This document shows positions 17,801-29,800 of a stretch of 64,000 nucleotides of DNA, piece by piece. The stretch's first letter is position 1. Each line of letters starts with the position of its first letter. A program made the position numbers and the translations under genes. The notes beneath the pieces are model-generated. The model saw only the letters and a program-made list of their open reading frames with translations. It was not told where the DNA came from and did not search any database. Source of the DNA: Malacoraja senta (Eukaryota); contig CM075991.1 of the NCBI GenBank assembly GCA_038087875.1, forward strand, positions 12,402,001-12,466,000, written 5' to 3'.

Positions 17801-20800
17801 CTCATTGAAATTAACCCAATAGTGAAAGGCCTGGATAGAGTGGATGTGGAGAGGATGTTTCCACTAGTGGGAGAGTCTAGGACTAGAGGTCACAGCCTCA
17901 GAATAAAAGGACGTTCCTTTAAGAAGGAGATGAGGAGGAATTTCTTTGGTCAGAGGGTTGATGAATCTGTGGAATTCATTGCCACAGATGGCTGTGGAGG
18001 CCAAGTCAGTGGATATTTTTAAGGCAGAGATAGATAGATTCTTGATTAGTACGGGTGTCAGGGGTTATGGGGAGAAGGTTGGAGAATGGGGTTAGGAGGG
18101 AGAGATAGATCAGCCATGACTGAATGGCGGAGTAGACTTGATGGGCCGAATGGCCTAATTCTGCTCCATTGACCGTGGTATGAGTGGAATCAAATCGATT
18201 GGCAATCCATCCATCACCGACATGACAACATTCACAAGCATTCTAATGAACAGTGTAGAAGTACATTGAGACAACCTCATGCCGTAAAATCACAACCCTT
18301 ATTATGATGTGTCCAGGAGTTAGTTAAATCTCTTACCTCCCTGAGGGAAAACTGGAATAAATTGATTTGAAAGTTTTCTCGTCCACCATTCCACTAGGAC
18401 ACTCCTGGAAACACAAAATATTCATGCTCACGCTTTATCTGACAACAGCGTATCATATTTTCACAAACTTCTGTATTTCTGGAAAATACTATTCTGCAAA
18501 GTGGCAAAGAAAATAGACACAAAGTACTGGAGTAACTCAGCGGGACAGGCAGCGTCTGTGGAGGGAAGGTAGACAAAAGTGCTGGAGAAACTCAGCGGGT
18601 GCAGCAGCATCTATGGAGCGAAGGAAATGGATGACGTTTTGGGTCGAGGCCCTTCCTGAGAGGAGGTTAGGAGCAGGGAGGTGGGACAACAGGGAGAACT
18701 GGGGAGGAGTGTCAGTGGGCAGGGAATGAGGGAGACGTCTGTGTCTGTGTCTGTGGACCTTCCATCACCTCAGCGAGTCCCAACGTCAATGACAAACCGT
18801 ACACAACAAGATCCCACAACTGTGATTATGGTCAACTTCTCTGCCGCAATCAAACCCCTACTGTGCTTGAAAATAGACACGAAATGCTGGAGTTACTCAG
18901 CGGGACAGGCAGCATCTCTGGAGAGAAGATATGGCTGACGTTTCAGGTTGAGACCCTTCTGCAGACTGCTCCTTCTCTCCAGAGATGCTGCCTGTCCCGC
19001 TGAGTTACTCCAGCATTTTCTGTTTATCTTCGGTGTCAGCCAGCATCTGCTGTTCCTTCCTAAGCTATTGTACTTGAGTTTGACTTGATTGTATTTATGT
19101 ATAGTATTATGTGTATTTATCTGTTGGGGCTGCACAGTGGTGCAGCGGTGGAGTTGCTGCATCACAGCGCCAGAGGCCCGGGATCGATCCTGACCAAGGG
19201 TGCTGTCTGTGTGGAGTTCGCACGTTCTCTCCGTGACCGCGTGGGTTTTCTCCGAGTGCTTGGATTTTCTCCCACATCCCAACGACATGCGAGTTTGTCG
19301 ATTATTGCCCCGAGTGTGGAGGGAATGGATGGGAAAATGGGATAACATAGAACTAGTGTGAATGGATGGTCAATGATCGGTGTGGACTTGGTGGGCTGAA
19401 AGGCCTGTTTCGGTGCTGTATGGAACACAGAGAACAGTACAATGCAAGAATAGTTCCTCCGTGCAGATCAATCACTATCGCTGATTTGATCCATGCCTGG
19501 TTTTGCTATTGTTGACCCGATCCATGATCCATGCCGGGTTTCCACTATGTCATCTTGTGGTATGCGATGGGCTTCATTCTGATTATGACGCGGAACCTTA
19601 CGCCATGGTCTCTGTATGTTATTTGAATAAAGTACTTTTTATCAAGTTAAACAACATATGGTTATCATTGCTTCATACATGGTGTCAGAAGTGGGATGCC
19701 ACCACCAACTCTTATCTGCCTTCACATAATCCATATCCCACTACTCCCTGCATATCCATGTACCCATGCTGAAGTCTCTTAAATGCCACTATCACATCTG
19801 GCACTGTCTTATCACAGAATATAGAATAATGAAAGGCATAGTTAGAGTGGATGTGGAAAAGATGTTTCCACTGGTGGGAGAGTCTAGGACCAGAGGTCAC
19901 AGCCTCAGAATTAAAGGGGGCTCTTTTAGAAAGGAGGTGAGGAGGAACTTGTTTACTGAGAGGGTAGTGAATCTGTGGAACTCATTGCCACAGAGGGCTG
20001 TGGAGGCCAAGTCAGTGGATATATTTAAGGCAGAGATAGACAAATTCTTGATTAGAACGGGTGTCAAAGAACCAGATCATTTCCACCTGACGTGGTCTGC
20101 ATTTATAGAATTATTACAAACATAAGGTGCAAAAGTACTTAAAAAAAAAAAATTGAGGTCAGGTAAGGGGGGACGATAGTTGAAGAGTTGGTATGTCCAT
20201 TTTGCGTAATGCTCATAAAAATATTTGTTTCTCTCTTTTTCCTCTTTCTCTCTTTCTTTTTTTCCTAGGGTCTATTTCTTAACTCTTTTTCTTTTGTTTT
20301 TAATTTTGCTCTTATAGGGTCTTCGTCCTTTTTTGTTGTCACATTTCCTACACTTCCACTTTTTCCTTCACTTTCTTCTTTCTTTCAATCTTTTCCTTTT
20401 CTAGTGTAAAAATAAATGGAGTACATTAATTGTAAGAAGATATAAATGACAAGTACTAATGTATGTGGTTGTAATGTAATGTACTTCTAATAAAATACAA
20501 ATTAAAAAAAAAAAAGAACGGGTGTCAAAGGTTATGGGAAGAAGGCAGGAAAATGGGATTAGGGAGGCAGAGATCAGCCGTGATTGCATGGCGGAGTAGA
20601 CGCGATGGGCCGAATGGCCTAATTCGACTCCTATAACTTGTGAACTTGTCTGTCTATGATAAACTACATAAAAACTGAGACTCTCTTTCAGTTGAAGATA
20701 GAATAAATTACAGCAATATTAGTGGAGATGAGCGCTATGCCTGTGCCGTTAGGATGGGATATTAAAACCATGGTACATCTGTGCCAGAAACCTCTTCCAA

Positions 20801-23800
20801 AGATCCCTTCTCGAGGCCAGCTTTCATGAATGATATTTTTAACCTCTTTACCATGAGAATTATAGTCCATAAAAATCTTTACACAAATATTTAATTGTTT
20901 CAAGTAATGCTGAATCATCAGAATTGCATGCAGATAATGCAGATAATTCTCCAATGGTTTTGGGGCTGAGTTCTGCTAACGCTGACTCACTTGGCAATGC
21001 AGGAGTAGGGATAGACTTAAATGTTGGGATAATCCCTGCCTCAACTGCCTCCTCTGGCAGCTGTTCCATAGTCCCTGCCTCAACTGCCTCCTCTGGCAGC
21101 TTGTTCCATAGTCCCTGCCTCAACTACCTCCTCTGGCAGCTTGTTCCATAGTCCCTGCCTCAACTACCTCCTCTGGCAGCTTGTTCCATAGTCCCTGCCT
21201 CAACTACCTCCTCTGGCAGCTTGTTCCATAGTCACTGCCTCAACTGCCTCCTCTGGCAGCTTGTTCCATAGTCCCTGCCTCAACTATCTCCTCTGGCAGC
21301 TTGTTCCATAGTCCCTGCCTCAACTACCTCCTCTGGCAGCTTGTTCCATAGTCCCTGCCTCAACTACCTCCTCTGGCAGCTTGTTCCATAGTCCCTGCCT
21401 CAACTACCTCCTCTGGCAGCTTGTTCCATAGTCCCTGCCTCAACTACCTCCTCTGGCAGCTTGTTCCATAGTCCCTGCCTCAACTGCCTCCTCTGGCAGC
21501 TTGTTCCATAGTCCCTGCCTCAACTATCTCCTCTGGCAGCTTGTTCCATAGTCCCTGCCTCAACTACCTCCTCTGGCAGCTTGTTCCATAGTCCCTGCCT
21601 CAACTATCTCCTCTGGCAGCTTGTTCCATAGTCCCTGCCTCAACTACCTCCTCTGGCAGCTTGTTCCATAGTCCCTGCCTCAACTACCTCCTCTGGCAGC
21701 TTGTTCCATAGTCCCTGCCTCAACTACCTCCTCTGGCAGCTTGTTCCATAGTCCCTGCCTCAACTACCTCCTCTGGCAGCTTGTTCCATAGTCCCTGCCT
21801 CAACTACCTCCTCTGGCAGCTTGTTCCATAGTCCCTGCCTCAACTACCTCCTCTGGCAGCTTGTTCCATAGTCCCTGCCTCAACTATCTCCTCTGGCAGC
21901 TTGTTCCATAGTCCCTGCCTCAACTACCTCCTCTGGCAGCTTGTTCCATAGTCCCTGCCTCAACTACCTCCTCTGGCAGCTTGTTCCATAGTCCCTGCCT
22001 CAACTACCTCCTCTGGCAGCTTGTTCCATAGTCCCTGCCTCAACTACCTCCTCTGGCAGCTTGTTTCGTAGTCCCTGCCTCAACTACCTCCTCTGGCAGC
22101 TTGTTCCATTAACATCACTGGATGTTTTCAAGAGAGAGTTAGATTTAGCTCTTAGGGCTAACGGAATCAAGGGATATGGGGATAAAGCAAGAATGAGGTA
22201 CTGATTCTGGATGATCAGCAATGATCATATTGGTTGGCATGGGCAGGGTGGGCCAATTTCATGCTGTATCACTCTATGACTAAGGGTTTCAACCCGAAGT
22301 GTCGTCGGTCCATTCCCTCCGCAGATGCTGCCTGACCCGCTGAGTTACTCCAGCACTCTGTGAAACGTCACCTATCCATGTTCTCCACAGATGCTGCCTG
22401 ACCCGCTGAGTTTCTCCAGCACTCTGTGAAATGTCACCTATCCATGTTCTCCACAGATGCTGCCTGACCCGCTGAGTTACTCCAGCACTCTGTGAAACGT
22501 CACCTATCCACTTCTCCACAGATGCTGCCTGACCCGCTGAGTTACTCCAGCACTCTGTCATATTTTAAATTCCGGCATCATATTGCTAGGTGATCTTTAC
22601 AGCATTTTTCTGCATTCTAAGATAATTGATATTGTTGTACATATGGTGTGTATGTGAGAGAGGAATAGATATGACTTACATAATCAAGGCTAAGTGAAAT
22701 CTTCAATGGAAATGGATTAGATAATAGGAGATGATTGAACCAAAAGACAAAGCCTAGCTCAGTATTCCTTTTAAAGTGATTGATTCAGGCACTTTAATAT
22801 TCCCATTTTAACTTGCAACATCTATATTTATAATGGAAACTGTGTGTGTGTGTGTGAGATCCACACTCTAATACAACCTCCTGCCTGTGATGTTACTGCA
22901 GAGGTTTCACTAAGGGGCATCACATGGTTGGCCGTGGGAATTCCCTTTGGAAGTCAGCTAATTGGAAGCAAGACGCAATGGCAGCGGTGAAGTCACTCCG
23001 AGACTCACGGTGCAGGGAGATTTAGACGCCATGAGATTGAGAAAGGTCTGGGCAGTCTGACAAACCCCAGACAGGCTTTGCAAGTGGATGTAGAAACGTG
23101 TAGGAAGGAACTGCAGGTGCTGGTTTAAACCGAAGATAGACACAGAGTGCTGGAGTAACTCAGCGGGTCAGGCAGCATCTGTGGAGAGAAGGAATGGGTG
23201 ACGTTTTGGTTGAGAGACCCGTCTTCAGACTAACATTTCGGGGCAAGACACTTCTCCAGTCTGAAGAAGGGTCTCGACCTGTAAACGTCACCTATTCCTT
23301 TTCTCCAGAGATGCTGTCTGACCCACTGAGTTGCTCCAGCATTTTGTGTCTATCTTAGAAATAAGGAACTGCAAATGCTAGATAATACAGAAAAGTGCAG
23401 GAATAACTCAACAGGTCAGGCAGCATGTGTCAGAAGGAACTGCAGATGCTGGTTTACTCCGAAGATAGACACAACATGCTGGAGTAACTCAGCGGGTCAG
23501 GCAGCAACTCTGAAGAGAAGGTTGTTCCGGGTCGAGACCCTTCATCAGACTTCAGACACTGAGTTACTCCAGCACTCTGTGAAACGTCACCTATCCATGT
23601 TCTCCACAGATGCTGCCTGACCCGCTGAGTTACTCCAGCACTGTGTGAAACGTCACCTATCCACGTTCTCCACAGATGCTGCCTGACCCGCTGAGTTACT
23701 CCAGCACTCTGTGAAACGTCACCTATCCATGTTCCGGCAGCATCTATGGAGCGAAGGAAATAGGCAACGTTTCGGCCCCGAAACCCTTCGGGTTTCGGCC

Positions 23801-26800
23801 CGAAACGTTGCCTATTTCCTTCAGGGTTTCGGCCCGAAAGGTTGCCCATTTCCTTCGCTCCACAGATGCTGCCTGACCCGCTGAGTTACTCCAGCACTCT
23901 GTGAAACGTCACCTATCCATGTTCTCCACAGATGCTGCCTGACCCGCTGAGTTACTCCAGCACTGTGTGAAACGTCACCTATCCATGTTCTCCACAGATG
24001 CTGCCTGACCCGCTGAGTTACTCCAGCACTCTGTGAAACGTCACCTATCCATGTTCTCCACAGATGCTGCCTGACCCGCTGAGTTACTCCAGCACTCTGT
24101 GAAACGTCACCTATCCATGTTCTCCACAGATGCTGCCTGACCCGCTGAGTTCCTCCAGCACTCTGTGTTTTTTGCTTCATATAAACACTGATTTACATGT
24201 ATGTTGAAGGAAGAAACACTTCACACACGAGGACATTGGAGCAGGTTGTCCACACAGAGAGTGCGGTCACATTGTACGCACGTTTTTGAAGCCCCTGTAC
24301 AGAGACTGGATTTCTCTCTTGGAGAACATGGTCCGAGCTTGGAGACCATCCAGGCCTTCGGGCTGGTGGCGGGCCGCTGACAACTCGTCATCGATGTCGC
24401 AGTCATCTGCAGGGAAACACGAGAGGTGACTTGGTGCCCCACCCCTGCCCACAGCAGTCCCCTCCTGCCAGCCCAGATGTGGTGTGGCACGGTGGCACAG
24501 CGCCAGAGACCCAGCTTCCATCCTGACCTTGCTTGTGCGCTGACTGTATGAAGTTTGCACGTTCGCCCCGTGACCGCGTGGGTTTTCTCTGGAGGCATCG
24601 GTTTCCTGCCACTCTCCAAAGACGCGCAGGTTTGAGGGTTAATTGGCCAGTAAATTGTAAATTGTCACGAGCGTGTGTAGGGTGGTGTAATAGCCCTGTC
24701 CCACGGTACCAGTTCATTCCAAGACCTCTCCCAAGTTTTAAAAAAATCAGACTCGTGGTAAGCACGGAGAATGAACGTAGCGGGTACGTCGGAGCTCGGG
24801 GACGTCTCTTAGCGGCTCGTAAAGCTAACGGCAGGTACTCGGGAAGACTCGCTAATGGCAGGTAAGCTCGGGAAGACTCGTGAAGATTTTTCAACATGTT
24901 GAAAAATGTCCACGAGAGCCCCGAGTACCGACGAGTGGCCATTACCGTGAATCTCCGAGTTCGAGTCAGGGCAAACTCGGGGAGAGCTCTTGGAATGAAC
25001 TCGTACCGTGGGACAGGGGTTTTAGTGTGCGGGGATCGGCGGTCGGCGCGGACTCACACACTAACCTATCACTTCTCAACATCAGAATCTACTCGCAAGT
25101 TTGCACCAACTCGCTGCTATAACGATATCTTCCTGTAATTTACTCGTACTCTTTGTTCCAGTTCCGTACTTTAGGGGGCGGCACGGTGGCGCAGCTGCTT
25201 CACAGCCCCAGAGACCTGGGTTCGATCCTGACCACGGTTGCTGTCTGTGTGGAGTTTGTACGTTCTCCCTGTGACCGGGTGCGTTTTCTTCGGGTGCTCT
25301 GTTTCCCACCCACATCCCTATAACGTGTGGGGGTTTGTAGGTTAATTGGCTTCTGTACATTGTCCCTAGTGTGTGTAGGATAGAACTAGTGTACGGGGTG
25401 ATTGTTGGTGGGCCGAAGGGCTTGGCTAGAAGTCAGCCCTGAAGGTCCGGTTGCTGGTGGTAGAGCAGTGGGAATTGATTGTGTGAGTGAGGCCGAGAGT
25501 TGGCTCAGTTGGACTGCCAGCATCCTGTTACTGTCATCTGGGACTGATGTACTCCAGGATCAGGTTGCCAGCCTCTGGGCTGAGAATCGTTAACAAAGCA
25601 CATCACACCGAATGGGAAATGGAGATGTTAAAAAAACCCGACTCAATGTTATTGTCCGGAACAACAGCAGAAACCGGAGGCCACTCTGCCCCTCCAGCCC
25701 GCCCTGCTATCCACAAAGGTAGAAACAAAATGCTGGCGTAACTCCGCGGGACAGGCAGCATCTCTGGGGAAAAGGAATGGGGTCAAGACCCTTCCTCAGA
25801 CAGAAGAATGTCCTTCTCTCCAGAGATCCCGCTGAGTTACTCCAGCATTTTGTGTCTATCTTCAGTGTAAACCTGCATCTGCAGTTCCTTCCTACACATT
25901 TTGCCTGCTGATGGAGCTGATCTTACACCTCAGCTCCATGTTCCAGAATCACCTCCACCATCCTCGAACCCCTGCCCTCTCCGCTCTACCTATTGGACGT
26001 GAGATTGACGTGATTGTATTCATGCACGTTATTTATCTGATCTGTTTGGGATAATATGCGAGACAAAGGAACACGAGGAACTGCAGGTGCTGGTTTACAC
26101 CAAAGGACACAAAGTGCTGGAGTAACTCAGCGGGACAGGCAGCATCTCTGGAGAAGTGGAATGGGTGACGTTTCGGGTCGAGACCCTTCTTCAGACCCTT
26201 CAAACTAGGCATGCAAAACAAAGCTTGGTACAAATGACAATACTATGCCTAAAGCCAAACCATCTATGACATCTTCACGCTGGGACAAAAAGGTTTGCAT
26301 CTGAGCTTGCTCCATCCTTCCACAAAGGAAATTAAACTCTTGCAAAGTTGTCTCTCAAATCTCCATTCAACCCAACACCCATTTATTGCAAAGCTGAGTG
26401 AAAACTGCAGGAGCGATGAGCTAACTAAGGGTGGCAGGGTGGCGCAGCGGTAGAGTTGCTGCCTTACATCGCATGCAGCGCCGGAGACCCGGGTTCCATC
26501 CCCACTACGGGTGCTGTCTGTACGGAGTTTGCACGTTCTCCCCGTGACCTGCGTGGGTTTTCTCTGAGATCATCGGGTTCCTCCCACACCCCAAAGACGT
26601 GCAGGTTTGTAGGTTAATTGGCTTGGGATAAGTGTAAATTGTCCCTAATGTGTGTAGGGTAGTGTCGGTGTGTGGGGATCGCTGGTCGGTGCAGACTCGG
26701 TGGGACAAAGAGCCTGTTTCTGCGCTGTATCTGTATCTGTATCTGTAACTGAGGTTGCTTCATTGATGTTACACAATGGGGTGCAGGAAAGCACTTATCC

Positions 26801-29800
26801 CCGCAGCTGAGGATACTTCCCCAAGACGCATCAACCTGCAAGGCTGCTGCCAGCCGGTGCATTCCTCTCTTCCCTGTGTTCTGCATCACTGCTGTGCTGT
26901 GTTGCTGGTAATCTGACCCCCGACTTGGCTCGACCTTGTCACATCAGGACTGGCTGCCCGTCCTGTGGTGAGGCCGGGACTCTGTGCTGTCGTCAGCAGA
27001 CCGCTACTTCATTAGTGTTAGTTTAGAGATACAGCGGGGAAACAGGCCCTTCGGCCCACCAAGCCCGCACCGACCAGCGATCCCCGCACATTAACACTAC
27101 CCTACACACACGAGGGACAATTTACACTTATACCAAGCCAATCAGCCTACAAACCTGCACGTCTTTGGGGTGTGGGAGGAAACCGAAGATCTTGGAGAAA
27201 ACCCACGCGGGTCACGGGGAGAACGTGCAAACTCCGTACAGACAGCGCCCGTAGTCGGTATCGAACCCGGGTCTCCGGCGCTGCAAGCGCTGTAAGGCAG
27301 CAACTCTACCGCTGCGCCACCAGGCCGGGTGTCAGGGATTATGGGGAGAAGGCAGGAGAATGGGGTTAGGAGCGAGAGATAGATCAGCCACGATTGAATG
27401 GCGGAGTAGACTTTTGATGGGCCAAATGGCCTACTTCTGTTCCTTATGAACTTATGAGACATGGAGACAGGACTCTTTAGCCAGAGGGTGGTGAATCTGG
27501 AATTCATTGCCACAGACAGCTGGAGGCCAAGTCAATGGATATTTTTAAGGTGGAGATTAACAGATTCTTGTTCAGTGCGGGTGTCAGAGGTTATGGGGAG
27601 AAGGCAGGAGAATGGGGTTGAGAGGGAGAGATAGATCAGCCATGATTAAATGATGGAGTAGACTCAATGGGAATCTTTAACTCCTTTTCCTAATACTCTC
27701 TAGCCTCAACTACCCATCTGCTCACTGCTCTCATTACTCGTGTATACGTGTACAGTACACTTGGACACACATATCCTTCTACATATCAGGGTTCCACTAG
27801 CTCTCAACGCTTAGATAACCTCGCTGGGATTTGTATGTTTGACCTGGTCCTGAATCTGGCTTTCACCCTGGGCCCATTACAGCTCAGTCCAGGACAGCAC
27901 ACATACAGCAGGAGAGACTTTAGTTTAGTTTATCATCGTGTACCGAGGTTTCAGTCAAAAGCTTTTAGTTGCGAGCTATTCAGTCAGCGGGAAGACAATA
28001 CAGGATTACAATCGAGCTGTCCACAGTGCACAGATACAGGATAAAGGGAATCACGTTTAGGATAAGATAAAGTTCGGTAAAGGGAGACACAAATATGAAT
28101 GTCTTTTTTGGCGAAAAAAAATAGTCCCAATATTCCTTCCACCAAGGAGAAACAAGGAACAACAGATAGGTGACGTTTCACAGAGTGCTGGAGTAACTCA
28201 GCGGGACAGGCAGCATCTATGGAGAGAAGGAATGGGTGACCTTTCAAGAAGGAAAGGGGGACTGCCCTTCAGGGTCTCGACCCGAAACGTCATCTCCAGA
28301 GAAAGTGGACAGGTGACATTTCGGGTTGGGACCCTTCTTCAGACTCATTCAAAATTAGATTAATCACCTCATCCACATTCTCCACAGATGCTGCCTGACC
28401 CACTGAGTTACTCCAGCACTCTGTGAAACATCACCTATCTGCTGTTCCTTGTTTCTCCTTGGTGGAAGGAATATTGGGACTATTTTTTTTCGCCAAAAAA
28501 GACATTCATATTTTGCCACATGCTGTTCTCTGCCCCATGCACTTGGCCTACCTATAGCCCTTCACAGTGTCTCCTGATGTTCATCAGTATCAGAAGTTGA
28601 TTTGTAGACACAAAATGCTGGAGTAACTCAGCGGGTCAGGCAGCATCTCTGGAGAGAAGGAATAGGTGACGTTTCTTTCTTCAGACTCGACCCGAAACTG
28701 CGGTTGAAAAGGCGGAGCTGAGCTTCCAGCAGTCCCCAGAGGAGAGGGCTGTGCACAATATGAAATTCTTAAGGGATTGGACAGGCTGGATGCAGGCAAA
28801 ATGTTCCCCAAGTTGGAGGAGTCCAGAACTAGCAGTCACACAGTTTAAGAATAAGGGGTCGGCCATTTAGGACTGAGATGAGGAAAAACTTTTTCTCCCA
28901 GAGAGTTGTGAATCTGTGGAATTCTCTGCCACAAAAGGCAATGGAGGCCAATTCACTGGATGTTTTCAAGAGAGAGTTGGATAGAGCTCTCAGGGCTAAT
29001 GGAATCAAGGGATATGGGGAGAAAGGAGGTCTGGACTCAAAATGTTACCCATTCCTTCTCTCCAGAGATGCTGCCTGTCCCGCTGAGTTACTCCAGCATG
29101 TTGCATCTATCTTTGGTTTAAACCAGCATCTGCAGTTCTTTCCTACACATAAATTCATACAGTAAGTCACAGGAGCAGAATGAGGCCATTCGGACCATCA
29201 CGTGGACTCGGTGGGCTGAAGGGCCTGTTTCCATGCTCTATCTCTAAACTACACTAAATGGAGACAACGTTTGGGAGGCAGGGCCCTTCTTTAAGAGACA
29301 TTTACACAAGGAAGAGAAGGGTCATCCCCCCCACAGATGCTGCCTGACCCGCTGAGTCCCTCCAGTAATTTGGATTTTTCTCAAGGTTCCAGGATCTGGG
29401 AGTCTCTGCTGCCATAACTTCATAACTTCTAGGAGCAGAATTAGGCCATTCGGCCCATCGATTCTACTCAGCCATTCAATCATGGCTGATCTATCTTTCC
29501 CTCTCAACCCCATTCTCCTGCCTTCACCCCATAACCTCTGACACCCGTTCCTTTCCTTGCTTCAGTGATGGAAGGTTTAGGAGTACAACCGTCGACTGAT
29601 TCTCCGTGCCCATGGTGTGGATCTTGCTGGATGGACAGCAGGCGAAATGTGTAGGAAGGAACCGCAGATGCTGGAGTGGCTCAGCAGGATCTCAGGAGAG
29701 AAGGAATGGGCGACATTCTTCTGTCTGAGGAAGGGTGTTGACCCCATTCCTTCTCTCCAGAGATGCTGCCTGTCCCGCTGAGTTACTCCAGCTTTTTGTG

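Noticed and set aside
21029..24168. CRISPR-like appearance of the 40-bp and 66-bp arrays
   Set aside because: Head-to-tail units with no unique spacers, derived from retroelements, eukaryotic context.
26429..26510. tRNA-like A/B-box sequences
   Set aside because: SINE heads continuing into V-domain and LINE tail; not tRNA genes.
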